Of a stretch of DNA of 58,196 nucleotides, positions 29,051-39,073 are shown one piece after another. Position 1 is the first letter of the stretch; every line of letters begins with the position of its first letter. The position numbers were made by a program, and so were the translations under genes. The stretch comes from an uncultured Dehalococcoidales bacterium. Its GTDB lineage: Bacteria; Chloroflexota; Dehalococcoidia; Dehalococcoidales; CAYYQY01. The notes beneath the pieces are model-generated. The model was not told the DNA's origin. It did not search any database and worked only from the letters and a program-made list of their open reading frames with translations. Location of the stretch: assembly GCA_964473905.1 (NCBI GenBank), contig CAYYQY010000004.1:1-58196 (forward strand), written 5' to 3'.

Positions 29051-30412
29051 ATGAAAGCACAGGAATATGATATTGCCGTTATCGGTTCCGGTCTAGGTGG
29101 GTTGTGCTCGGGGGCGCTTCTTGCCCACCGGGGCTACCGGGTAATCATGATGGAAGCCCTGGAGCGTCTGGGTGGCCGGTTTTCCACCAAAGGCTACGAT
29201 GGATTCCAGATAACAACCGGGGCACTCGGAATACACGCCAAAGGAATTATAGAAAATACCTTCCGCGAGGTGGGCGCCAGTTTTGATGTTACCGACGTAT
29301 CCAATACCTCGCTCTGGATTGACGGTAAATGGCACGACCTGCCGCAGAGAGGGCAGATAGGCTTCTTGCTGTCTATCGTTGATGCTATCGGTGAAGAGAA
29401 GGCCAAGCTCGTCGGGAGGCTTACGCAGCGGGTAGCCGTAGAGAAGATAAAATCCGCCTTCCATCAGGGGGCGGAGCACGGTAGACCAATGGATGAGGGC
29501 CTGTCCTTCCGGGACTGGCTTAAGCAGTATACCGATAACGAACGCGTGCTGCAAGTTTTCGCCACCCTCACCTCGGCCATGTCCACTGTAAATGACTTTG
29601 AGTATCCGGCGGCACACTGGTTTGCCTACGTTTCCCACCGGGGGCAGGGCGGCATGCTGAATTTCGGCTGTGCAACCCGCGGTAACATAGCTCTGGCTGA
29701 ATCACTGGCAGCCATTATTACCGCCAGGGGCGGCGAGGTATGGACGGCCTGCCCGGTGAAAAAAATCGTGGTTAAGAACAACTCGGCGACAGGTATTGTC
29801 GTCACCAGGGACGGCCAGGATATTGAACTGTCCTGCCGGGCTATAATAAGTGACGTCGGTCCTAAAAGAACGGTAGAGCTTGCCGGCAGCGAGAATTTTG
29901 ACAATGACTATCTGTCACAGGTCAAAGACCTGAAAGCGGCTTCCATCGTGGTATCCATGGTCGCCAGTGACAGACCTCTTTTTAACCAGAAATACTCCAT
30001 GATCATGGCCGGTACCAGGCGTATCGTTGCCGGTTTCCCCATATCCAATATTTGCCCCGGCCTGGCCCCTCCCGGTCAGCACCTCTTAAACCTGTGGGGA
30101 ACGCCTGCTTCATGCTCTACCCGGATGGATACCGAAGAAGAAATGAGGCAAAACCTGGCCGATATCAGGGACATCTTTCCGGACTTTGATAAATACGGCC
30201 GGATTCTCAAAATGGAGACCCATGACATTGACGATGAGTTCCCGGCTCTACGTAGCTGGATGGGCTATGATTTGAAACAGGAAACGACTGTCGCCAACCT
30301 GTATAATGTGGGGGATGGCGTTAAACCGTTCGGCTGGGAAGGGCTGGCTGCCTGCGCCCAGGGTGGCAGGCTGGTAGCCGATGCGATAGCGAAACGGGTT
30401 AAGCTCGGATAA
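29051..30412 (+). CDS. FAD-dependent oxidoreductase, phytoene desaturase-like
   Basis: VIGSGLGGL, E..ERLGGRF and C-terminal LYNVGD; GGAGG RBS before ATG 29051. Confidence 0.85.
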   Translation: MKAQEYDIAVIGSGLGGLCSGALLAHRGYRVIMMEALERLGGRFSTKGYDGFQITTGALGIHAKGIIENTFREVGASFDVTDVSNTSLWIDGKWHDLPQRGQIGFLLSIVDAIGEEKAKLVGRLTQRVAVEKIKSAFHQGAEHGRPMDEGLSFRDWLKQYTDNERVLQVFATLTSAMSTVNDFEYPAAHWFAYVSHRGQGGMLNFGCATRGNIALAESLAAIITARGGEVWTACPVKKIVVKNNSATGIVVTRDGQDIELSCRAIISDVGPKRTVELAGSENFDNDYLSQVKDLKAASIVVSMVASDRPLFNQKYSMIMAGTRRIVAGFPISNICPGLAPPGQHLLNLWGTPASCSTRMDTEEEMRQNLADIRDIFPDFDKYGRILKMETHDIDDEFPALRSWMGYDLKQETTVANLYNVGDGVKPFGWEGLAACAQGGRLVADAIAKRVKLG

Positions 30413-30430
30413 CTTTTGTGGAGTGATGGT

Positions 30431-31498
30431 ATGAACTTGGAAGAACTGAGGGGGAAAATAGACGAGACCGACGCCGAAATAGTCAGGCTGATAAGCGAGA
30501 GGGTTAAAACCGCCGAAGCCATCGGCAGGGAGAAGGGTGAGCAGGGAAAGCAAATCGAGGATAAAGGCAGGGAAAATACCGTCTTGGAACACGTGAAAGC
30601 GCTAGCCGATAGAGAGCACCTTAACCGGAAAAACATCGAGGTTATCTATAAAGAGATAATAAATGCGAGCAAATCGGTCCAGGGCATTACCGTTGCTTAC
30701 CAGGGCGAGACGGGAGCCTACGGCGAAGAGGCTGCCTTCCGTTACTTCGGCCCTTCAGTCCGTGTCAAACCCTGCGACAGCTTTGATGCCGTATTTAAGG
30801 TTGTGGAGCAGGGGCAGGCCCACTCCGGCATCGTGCCTATTGAGAACTCGCTGGAAGGCAGCATAAACCAGGTCTACGACCTGCTTCTGGACTCAAACCT
30901 CAAGGTATGCGGCGAGATAGAACTCCGAGTAGCGCACTGCCTGATAGCCAATACGAAAGCTAAACTGGACTCCATAAAAAAAGTGTATTCACATCCACAG
31001 GCGCTCGGTCAGTGCCGCACTTTCCTGAGACACCTGGGCTGTGAACTGATACCCACCTACGATACCGCCGGCAGCGTCCGGATGATAAAAGAGCAGCAGA
31101 TAGCCGGAGGCGCCGCCGTGGCCAGTGAAAGAGCTGCCGAGATTTACCGGATGAAGATTATGGCCCGCGAAATTGAGGATAACCAGCACAATTTCACCCG
31201 GTTTTTTATTCTCTCCCACGAAGATTCCCCACCCTCGGGTAACGATAAGACTTCCATAGTCTTCTCTCTGAGGCACCGGCCGGGCATACTTTACGAATTC
31301 CTGAAAGAGTTTGCCCTGAATGATCTCAGCCTGACCAAGATAGAGTCACGCCCCACCAGACTGAAGCCCTGGGAGTATAATTTTTACCTGGACTTTGAAG
31401 GTCACCGGCTGGATGATAGCTGCCGGGAAACGCTAAACAGGCTTGAAGAAAGTGCGCTCTTTATCAAGATACTGGGCTCGTACCCCAGGGCGAAGTGA
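30431..31498 (+). CDS. pheA: Chorismate mutase/prephenate dehydratase (P-protein)
   Basis: N-terminal LRGKIDETD CM domain, PIENSLEG, SHPQAL, NFTRF and ACT LTKIESRP. Confidence 0.96.
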   Translation: MNLEELRGKIDETDAEIVRLISERVKTAEAIGREKGEQGKQIEDKGRENTVLEHVKALADREHLNRKNIEVIYKEIINASKSVQGITVAYQGETGAYGEEAAFRYFGPSVRVKPCDSFDAVFKVVEQGQAHSGIVPIENSLEGSINQVYDLLLDSNLKVCGEIELRVAHCLIANTKAKLDSIKKVYSHPQALGQCRTFLRHLGCELIPTYDTAGSVRMIKEQQIAGGAAVASERAAEIYRMKIMAREIEDNQHNFTRFFILSHEDSPPSGNDKTSIVFSLRHRPGILYEFLKEFALNDLSLTKIESRPTRLKPWEYNFYLDFEGHRLDDSCRETLNRLEESALFIKILGSYPRAK

Positions 31499-31515
31499 GG
31501 TTACGAAGTAAGACA

Positions 31516-32334
31516 ATGAGGATAGCTATAATCGGCGGCTCGGGCAAGATGGGAATCTGGTTTACCAGGTTTCTACTTAAAGAAGGTATGGAAATAATAA
31601 TAGCCGACCGGAACGAAGTAAGGCTCCCGGCAGACTTGCAGCAGCCGGGTGTGGAAACCGCTACCAGTGAAGAAGCAATAAGGCGCGCCGAAGTGGTCTT
31701 ACTGTCAGTGACCATAGATAATGCCGAGAAGGTCATACAGGAAATCAGCCCTTTCATTCGTAAGGGACAGATAGTAATAGATATTACCTCCATTAAAGTA
31801 CCGGTGGTTGCCGCCATGCACCACTACATAAAAAAAGGTGTAACGCTGGGAGTTCACCCCATGTTCGGCCCCGGTGCTATAGGTATCGCCGGGCAGAACT
31901 TTGTGCTCACACCGGTAGGTGACCGCGAACAGGCCATTGCCCGTAAGGTCGCTGAGTTTCTATCCGCGAGAGAGGCTAAGGCGGTCATCATGACTCCCGA
32001 GCAGCATGATAAAATGATGTCGGTGGTCCTGGGGCTATCCCATTTCATTGCCCTGGTTACCGCGGATACCCTGTCAAACCTTGATAGCCTGAGCTTCATG
32101 CAGACAGTCGGCGGAACTACTTACAAAGTACTACTTAACCTGGTGGAAAGTGTTATTTCGGATGACCCGGCGCTATATTCCTACCTGCAGATGAACCTCC
32201 CCGGTATGAAAGAACTTGAAGAGCTATTTCAGCGAAACACGGAAAGCTGGCTGAGCCTGGTACAAAATAAAGACCGGGCAGAATTCGCCAGCAGCATGAA
32301 TGCTCTAAAAGACCGGTTTAAGAAAGCGAATTAG
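31516..32334 (+). CDS. tyrA: Prephenate dehydrogenase
   Basis: IIGGSGKMG, DITSIK, HPMFGP and HDKMMSVVLGLSH motifs. Confidence 0.94.
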   Translation: MRIAIIGGSGKMGIWFTRFLLKEGMEIIIADRNEVRLPADLQQPGVETATSEEAIRRAEVVLLSVTIDNAEKVIQEISPFIRKGQIVIDITSIKVPVVAAMHHYIKKGVTLGVHPMFGPGAIGIAGQNFVLTPVGDREQAIARKVAEFLSAREAKAVIMTPEQHDKMMSVVLGLSHFIALVTADTLSNLDSLSFMQTVGGTTYKVLLNLVESVISDDPALYSYLQMNLPGMKELEELFQRNTESWLSLVQNKDRAEFASSMNALKDRFKKAN

Positions 32335-32459
32335 CCGTCAGATAAGGTATCCGGTAAGGCATAAAAAGCGGCGGATGGGTTATAATAGAGTATGGATATG
32401 ATAGGATGCCTGCTTAGCGACGGGAACCCGGGTAATTAATAGTGACGGAGGCAGATAAC

Positions 32460-33194
32460 ATGCTTAAGATAAAGCATCTATCGGTAGCGGTGGAAGGCAA
32501 GGAGATTTTACACGATGTCAACCTGACAATTGCCACCGGCGAGACGCATGTCCTCTTCGGACCCAACGGCAGCGGTAAAACCACTCTCCTGTTGGCCATC
32601 ATGGGTTTCCCCAAATACAAGGTAACTGGCGGCAGCATCGTTTTCATGGGGAAAGATATAACCACCATGGATATAGATGAAAGGGCCCGGATGGGAATCG
32701 GCATGTCTTTTCAGCGGCCGCCCGTAGTGCGCGGTGTTAAAACCCGGGATATGATAGCCGCCTGTCTGGGTAAGCGTACATCCGAAGATAATATATCAGA
32801 CCTGGCCGAGAAGGCAAACCTGTCTGAATTCCTGGATAGAGACATCAACTACGGCTTCTCCGGCGGCGAGATAAAGCGCTCGGAGATGATGCAACTGCTG
32901 GCCCAGCACCCGGCTCTGGTCTTGCTTGATGAACCGGAGTCCGGCGTAGACCTGGTAAATATATCCCTGATAGGTAAGCTGATAAACGATGCGCTGGAAA
33001 AGGACTGCCCCATACATAAACGAAAATGCATCGGCCTGATAATATCCCACACCGGACACATCCTGGATTATATTAATGCCCGTACCGGCTATGTCATGGT
33101 TGACGGCAAACTGGGATGCCAGGCGGACCCGCATGAGATTCTATCAACCATAAAAGAGAGAGGCTACCAGGAGTGTGTTCGATGCATGAGATAA
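32460..33194 (+). CDS. sufC: Fe-S assembly ATPase SufC (SmsC-like)
   Basis: GPNGSGKT, GFSGGEIKRSE, DEPESGVD; C-terminal CVRC. Confidence 0.93.
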   Translation: MLKIKHLSVAVEGKEILHDVNLTIATGETHVLFGPNGSGKTTLLLAIMGFPKYKVTGGSIVFMGKDITTMDIDERARMGIGMSFQRPPVVRGVKTRDMIAACLGKRTSEDNISDLAEKANLSEFLDRDINYGFSGGEIKRSEMMQLLAQHPALVLLDEPESGVDLVNISLIGKLINDALEKDCPIHKRKCIGLIISHTGHILDYINARTGYVMVDGKLGCQADPHEILSTIKERGYQECVRCMR

Positions 33195-34417
33195 AATCTA
33201 CCGCTACCAACAAGGAAAAGGCCAGCGCCGCACAGGCTAAGAAGGCGGTGCTGGGGGAAGATATAGACCTGAAAAAATACCTTGACTCGACTGATGAACA
33301 GCCTTACCGGCAGGACCCGCAGGAGTTACCGGCTGATACTAAGGGAAAAATGCTGGAGGCCGGCATCATGCTGGACGATGTGAGCCAGAGGTCGGGTACC
33401 TTTATCCAGATTGATAACACACCGATCCACAACTCAGTATTTCAGGAAGGCATAGAAGTAATGCCCGTTAGTCAAGCCCTGGATAAGTATAACTGGCTGT
33501 CCGATTACTGGTGGCAGGCGGTAGCCGTTGACACCGATAAATATACGGCTAACGTAGAACTCAGTCAGAGCAACGGTTATTTCATCAGGGCTTTACCCGG
33601 TCAGAAGACGGTTTTACCGGTACAGGCATGCCTGTACCTGGCCAAGTCAAGTCTGATTCAAAACGTACACAATATAATAATTGCCGAAGAGGGCTCCGAG
33701 CTACACATCATCACTGGCTGTGCTATTGCCTCCGGAGAGGACACCGGCCTGCACCTGGGTGTCTCCGAGTTCTATATTAAGCCGGGGGCCAAGATTACCT
33801 TTACCATGATACACAACTGGAACCCCGAGGTCGCCGTGCGTCCCCGCACCGCGGCTATCGTGGAGGACAACGGTCTATTTCTGAATAACTACGTGCTCAT
33901 GAAGCCGGTGCGTTCGCTACAGATGTACCCAACCACCAGGTGCGTCGGGGAGAATGCGGTAGTCAGATATAATAGCGTGCTTCTAGCCGGTACGGGCTCA
34001 TCCCTAGACGTCGGTTCTCGGGTGATACTTGATGCCCCGCGTGCCAGAACAGAAATAATATCACGGGCAATAACTACCGGCGGCTATATCACCGCCCGCG
34101 GTTACATCGAAGGCAATGTGCCCGAGGTAAAAGGTCACCTGGAATGCCGGGGACTGATACTTAATGAAGAGGGCACTATATATGCCGTGCCCGAGCTTAA
34201 AGGCACTAAGGCTGGCGTTGACCTTTCCCACGAAGCCGCTGTAGGTAAGATAGCCGAGGAAGAAGTAGAGTATTTAATGGCGCGCGGTTTAACGCGCAAC
34301 GAGGCTACAGCCACCATAGTCCGTGGTTTTCTCAGAGTTGAGATTGAAGGCATCCCTCCCATGCTGAACGCCGAGCTCAAACGCGCTATCGAAGCCAGCG
34401 AAAAAGACCTGATGTAG
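33182..34417 (+). CDS. sufB: SufB/SufD-family scaffold (SmsB-like)
   Basis: Beta-solenoid region, HLECRGL and HEAAVGKIAEEEVEYLMARGL. Confidence 0.9.
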   Translation: MHEIKSTATNKEKASAAQAKKAVLGEDIDLKKYLDSTDEQPYRQDPQELPADTKGKMLEAGIMLDDVSQRSGTFIQIDNTPIHNSVFQEGIEVMPVSQALDKYNWLSDYWWQAVAVDTDKYTANVELSQSNGYFIRALPGQKTVLPVQACLYLAKSSLIQNVHNIIIAEEGSELHIITGCAIASGEDTGLHLGVSEFYIKPGAKITFTMIHNWNPEVAVRPRTAAIVEDNGLFLNNYVLMKPVRSLQMYPTTRCVGENAVVRYNSVLLAGTGSSLDVGSRVILDAPRARTEIISRAITTGGYITARGYIEGNVPEVKGHLECRGLILNEEGTIYAVPELKGTKAGVDLSHEAAVGKIAEEEVEYLMARGLTRNEATATIVRGFLRVEIEGIPPMLNAELKRAIEASEKDLM

Positions 34418-34573
34418 ATAGAGCCATACTTACCTCTCCGCTTGTCTTTGCGCCCAATATTTTGACATTTGTCCGTCATTATACTTGCCATTTCATTTGC
34501 TGCAGCGTATAATGCAGCATGTCTATAGTCTATAGTAGTCATTATTGCATACTTTTGTCTGTTTAACAGTGCG

Positions 34574-34929
34574 ATGGTAAAAATGGAGGATACATATGCC
34601 GGGAAAGATTCCCACGCGCTGGATTTACTCTTAAGCCAGATCTACCGCAACAGCCGGTATGACTTCAGGGACTACAAACGCAGCACGCTCACTCGCCGCC
34701 TGGAAAGCAGGCTGCGGGCTATCTGGACTACACCCGGTTCCTGGATAAGCACCCCCCGGGGAATATGAGCGTCTCGCCGATTACCTGCCATTACCGCCTA
34801 CGCGATGAGAAGACACTTAAGACCGGGTACGACATATACCTGGCAAAGCCCGTTGATACCCGCAACTTACCCGGGTTGATTCCACAGATGTTACACAAAC
34901 CTTCGGAGGAGCCTAAGGATCCACAATGA
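34574..34929 (+). pseudogene. Fused remnants of cheR (N-terminus) and a receiver-domain gene (C-terminus)
   Basis: YDFRDYKRSTLTRRL, YLDYTRFLDKHP and EYERLADYL in three different frames, then AITAYAMR / EKTLKTGYDIYLAKPVDTRNL; the last frame's TGA overlaps the next ATG. Confidence 0.7.
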
Positions 34930-35636
34930 AAATCCAGAAAATCCTCATCGTAGACGATAACGAAGCCTTTGTCAGGCTGGTCGTCCGGATCCTGCGCCAG
35001 GAGGGGTATAAAGTTATCCCGGCCGGCGATGGGCAGGAGGCATTACAGCTTCTTTTTATCCATAAACCGGACCTGGTGCTGCTTGATATGGAAATGCCCA
35101 GACTAAACGGCTGGCAGACCTGCATGCGAATCCGTGACATTTCCGATATACCCGTTATCATCCTCACCGGTAAACACACGGACGAAGCAGATATCGTGCG
35201 CGGCCTGGGTTACGGTGCGGACGACTACCTGATAAAACCGGTAGGCAACAGAGAACTGGCAGCCAGGGTGCGCACCGCCCTGAGACGGGCTGCCTTACCC
35301 TCCAGGACCGAAATAAAGGAGACATCCCAGTATGCAGACGACTACCTGACAGTGATTATTGAAGAGCGAAGGGTAACGGTAAACGGAGAACGTATCAGGC
35401 TAACACCGGTGGAATTCCGCCTGCTGGCCTGCCTGGTAGAGAACGCCGGCCACATCCTGTCTCACCGGCAGCTCCTGGAAAAGGTATGGGGCTGGGAATA
35501 CATTAACGATATTGACTACGTGCGTGTCTACATATCCCACTTGCGGCAGAAGATAGAGCGAGAGCCCTCTTCACCCCGATACATGATAACCGAGCCGGGT
35601 GTCGGCTATTCTTTCCAGAAAGCCGGTTTACTTTAA
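34926..35636 (+). CDS. OmpR/KdpE-family response regulator (no adjacent kinase)
   Basis: ILIVDD, LLDMEMP, GADDYLIKP, LTPVEFRLL and ITEPGVGY motifs. Confidence 0.95.
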   Translation: MKIQKILIVDDNEAFVRLVVRILRQEGYKVIPAGDGQEALQLLFIHKPDLVLLDMEMPRLNGWQTCMRIRDISDIPVIILTGKHTDEADIVRGLGYGADDYLIKPVGNRELAARVRTALRRAALPSRTEIKETSQYADDYLTVIIEERRVTVNGERIRLTPVEFRLLACLVENAGHILSHRQLLEKVWGWEYINDIDYVRVYISHLRQKIEREPSSPRYMITEPGVGYSFQKAGLL

Positions 35637-35689
35637 GCTCATTCTTTGATGGGATATGATGTTTCGTGCTGATGCCGCCGCGGTAAGGC

Positions 35690-35932
35690 TTATACCTCGT
35701 CCCCTTCGGTCTCCCTGGGCTCAATAATGCGCCGTGCCACTTCGGCGTGTTGCTGCGGCACCTTTATTCTCACTTCTCCCAGGCCGTCTACCGCCACTCC
35801 GTAGACTATACCCGCACTCTCGTACTCCAGCAGGACAGGAATCCCCTCGCTCTCCAGGTGGGACTTGATAACGCTGGCAGTGAGCTCCCCCTGAACCGTA
35901 GAGATAACCACAAAACGCTGTTTGTCAGCCAC
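35690..35932 (-). CDS. DUF2007-type putative signal-transducing protein
   Basis: ASVIKSHLESEGIP and VRIKVP...AEVARRII. Confidence 0.8.
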   Translation of the reverse strand: MADKQRFVVISTVQGELTASVIKSHLESEGIPVLLEYESAGIVYGVAVDGLGEVRIKVPQQHAEVARRIIEPRETEGDEV

Positions 35933-36233
35933 CTAATGTCTCACCTGCTATATTTTCCGCTTAATATTCTGTTGCCAATAAGTTCCAAAAAAACTTATCA
36001 CGCCTGCACTTGCGGGTTATGTTATACCTTTGCCCGCAAACTGTCAACCATATAGCGTAATGCCCCTTATTTTCCCCCATCCGCAAATACGCATCCCGAC
36101 CAGCCCTGCCCCTTTAGCTATTTTTTATATGTATAACCTTCATGTTTATGCTTTGTTACGGTGACGGCCGGTAAGCTATATAAAGGAAAGCAAGAATAGT
36201 TAAAGGCCGATAGGCTCAGGGGGTAAAGCAACG

Positions 36234-36572
36234 ATGGCAATGGCATGGCCAAATAGTAGCGTAAAGCTCACCGGTTCCAGGCTGGATAGTAGCCGAGAAG
36301 AGCGGCATAACCTGCATATAAAAATCTCGTATATTGCCTTACAGCAGCTAGACCTCATCCTAACCGTTTTTGCCATATCTATCGGTCTCTCGGAACTGAA
36401 TCCCTTGATGAGAAACATGATTGATGCACCGCTGGAGCTATTTCTTACCAAGGTGGCTATTCCCTGCCTTATTGCCTGGCTTGTCCCCGCCAAACTGCTT
36501 ATTCCGGCTATTGCCCTGCTGCTCTTCGTTATTGGCTGGAACGTAAAAGAGCTCTTTCTCTACCTGATGTAA
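36234..36572 (+). CDS. DUF5658-like small membrane protein
   Basis: LDLILT...G..ELNPLM motif plus TM helices; start uncertain. Confidence 0.7.
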   Translation: MAMAWPNSSVKLTGSRLDSSREERHNLHIKISYIALQQLDLILTVFAISIGLSELNPLMRNMIDAPLELFLTKVAIPCLIAWLVPAKLLIPAIALLLFVIGWNVKELFLYLM

Positions 36573-36815
36573 CCCTATATGGCGGGCTAGGGCAGCCTCC
36601 CATCTCTAAACTATCACTTGGGTATTCTTTTCAGTACCGGGGGTAATATATACTAACGGCGCCTAACTGTTGCCCCTCCGCAAGACAGCCTGTACGGTCA
36701 CATAAGCCATTAATAAACCCCAAACCCTTGCCTTCACTTAAGACTACGTTTACAAAAACCTGTCTGTAATGGATAAAAGGGCTCCTCCCTACCCGTAAAT
36801 TAAAGCCCAGAGAGG

Positions 36816-36844
36816 TTGACAAAACCACACCTGCCCCTTAAAGT
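36816..36844 (+). promoter_or_regulatory. Sigma70-type promoter of the osmoprotectant ABC operon
   Basis: TTGACA-N17-TAAAGT. Confidence 0.55.
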
Positions 36845-36928
36845 ATGTCTACCGAATTAAACTTCCGGCAGCGGGTAACGTTATTGCCGGCTAAAACCAA
36901 CCAAACAGGCAACCAGGAGGTGAATAAA

Positions 36929-37861
36929 ATGAAGAGGCTTATCTTGGCCCTGGTAACCGTCTTTACCATCTTCACCTTACTTGGCTCAAGCTGTGTGGGA
37001 CAGAGTGATGGCGTTAAGGGGCCTGTAAACGTCGGCTCAAAGATAGATACGGAAGGGTCACTGCTGTCCCAGGTAATCATCCTAATGCTGCGGGATAATG
37101 GCTTTGAGGTAGTTGATAAGTCCCAGTTCGGGCCGACTTCAGTAGTCCGGAAAGCTCTGGTAAGCGGCGAGCTGGATATATACCCCGAATATACCGGCAA
37201 TGGTGCTTTCTTCTTTAACGAGGCGGCATCGGACGTGTGGAAAGATGCCCGGCAGGGCTACGAGAGAGTAAAACAGCTGGACATGGAGGCCAATAACATC
37301 GTATGGCTCAAGCCGGCGCCAGCCAATAACACCTGGGCTATCGCCATACCCAAAGAGCTGGCCAACACAGAAGGGCTAAAGACACTTGATGATTTCGCTG
37401 CCTATGTAAATGGCGGCGGTTATGTAAAGCTAATCGGCTCCGAGGAGTTTGTCACGAGCCCCATGGCCCTTACTGCCTTCCAGGACGCATACGGTTTTAC
37501 CCTCACCAAGAACCAGCTTCTTACCGTATCCAGCGGTGACACGGCGCAGACAGAGAAGGCTGCTGCCGAGGGCATAGATAGCGTAAATGCGGCGATGGCC
37601 TACGGGACGGACGGCTCGCTCAGTGCTTTTGACCTTATAGTCCTGGAAGACCCGCGGGGTGTACAGCCGGTCTACGAACCGGCACCGATTTTACGCGGTG
37701 AAATATCTGATAAGTACCCGGAGATTGAGACTATACTCAACCCGGTCTTTGAAACGCTTGACCTGGTGACCCTCCAGACACTGAACGCCAAAATTGCCGT
37801 AGAGGGGCAGAACGCTGCGGACGTAGCCCGTGACTACCTCACGGCAAATGGACTGCTATAG
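36929..37861 (+). CDS. Osmoprotectant (glycine betaine-type) ABC substrate-binding lipoprotein, OsmF/YehZ-like
   Basis: Lipobox LLGSSC, VGSKIDTEG, IYPEYTG, NNTWA and YGTDG; AGGAGG RBS. Confidence 0.92.
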   Translation: MKRLILALVTVFTIFTLLGSSCVGQSDGVKGPVNVGSKIDTEGSLLSQVIILMLRDNGFEVVDKSQFGPTSVVRKALVSGELDIYPEYTGNGAFFFNEAASDVWKDARQGYERVKQLDMEANNIVWLKPAPANNTWAIAIPKELANTEGLKTLDDFAAYVNGGGYVKLIGSEEFVTSPMALTAFQDAYGFTLTKNQLLTVSSGDTAQTEKAAAEGIDSVNAAMAYGTDGSLSAFDLIVLEDPRGVQPVYEPAPILRGEISDKYPEIETILNPVFETLDLVTLQTLNAKIAVEGQNAADVARDYLTANGLL

Positions 37862-37891
37862 CAGTTTCACTACTAAATGAAGGATTAACAG

Positions 37892-39073
37892 ATGCTTCGG
37901 CAGACGCCCAACCACGATAGCGTGGCCGTTACCGGGTCGGTTATTGGTCTTTTTTCATGCCTGTTCGGGTGGTTCACCTTCAAGCCCAACCGTCTCGTGG
38001 CCGGGACCAGCTTCAGCCTGTGGGAGAGCGCCGGCTGGGGCATAGCCGCCGTTATTATTATGCTATGGCTCCTGTGCCTTGCCCTCAGCTTGACCGGCAG
38101 CGGCAAAAAGCGAGCCATATTACTCGGTATCCTCGCCAACCTGCTTCTGGTTGTCACCTTCATTCTCGCCGGCCTGGAAACGGGCAGGCTCATGGCCGGG
38201 GAAGTATCATTTGCCCGCGTATCGCTCGGAGCCGGCGTCTGGATTACTCTGGCCGGAGTCTACATCGTCATCTTCGGGATACGGCAGAGACTCTTCGGTT
38301 CACGCATCTGGCTTAACCTTATCTCATGGACTGGCATGGTAGTCTTCGTCGTCCTGCTCGCTACCGGCTGGTTAAATAATGTATCCATAATGCAGGAGTT
38401 CATGGGGCGTGAAGAACGCTTTATACAGGAACTGCTCCGGCATATTTACCTTTTCGGCGGCAGTGTTGCCGTGGCTACCATACTGGGCATCCCCCTCGGT
38501 ATCCTGGCGGTACGAAGTAAGCGCGCCGAAAAGCCCGTGTTCTTTATAGCCAACATCACCCAGACAATACCGAGCCTGGCGCTCTTCGGATTGCTCATAG
38601 CCCCCCTTTCCGCCCTGTCCTTTGCCTTCCCTGTTCTGCGTGAGTTCGGTATCCGCGGTGTTGGTGCCACGCCGGCCATCCTGGCCCTTATTATCTATTC
38701 CCTGCTCCCCATCATACGGAACACATTTGTCAGCCTGCGCCAGCTGGACCCGGCAGTGATTGATGCCGGCTTCGGTATGGGCATGAGCCCCGGCCGCGTA
38801 TTCCGTAAAATAGAGATGCCACTGGCTGCCCCGCTCGTACTGGAGGGCATTCGCACGGCATCAGTCCAGGCGGTGGGCAACACCGCGGTAGCCGCGCTGA
38901 TTGGCGCCGGGGGTCTGGGCTGGTTTATCTTCCAGGGGCTCGGACAGGCTGCCACCGACCTGATAGTCCTGGGCGCCTTGCCCATAATCGGTCTGGCTCT
39001 TATAGTCGATGCCGTAATGCGCACCGCAGTCAGGCTTGCTACCCCCAAGGGCCTTACCGGAGGCGATAGTTGA
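37892..39073 (+). CDS. Osmoprotectant ABC permease, YehY-like
   Basis: QTIPSLALFG and DAGFGMGM...IEMPLA EAA loop. Confidence 0.9.
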   Translation: MLRQTPNHDSVAVTGSVIGLFSCLFGWFTFKPNRLVAGTSFSLWESAGWGIAAVIIMLWLLCLALSLTGSGKKRAILLGILANLLLVVTFILAGLETGRLMAGEVSFARVSLGAGVWITLAGVYIVIFGIRQRLFGSRIWLNLISWTGMVVFVVLLATGWLNNVSIMQEFMGREERFIQELLRHIYLFGGSVAVATILGIPLGILAVRSKRAEKPVFFIANITQTIPSLALFGLLIAPLSALSFAFPVLREFGIRGVGATPAILALIIYSLLPIIRNTFVSLRQLDPAVIDAGFGMGMSPGRVFRKIEMPLAAPLVLEGIRTASVQAVGNTAVAALIGAGGLGWFIFQGLGQAATDLIVLGALPIIGLALIVDAVMRTAVRLATPKGLTGGDS

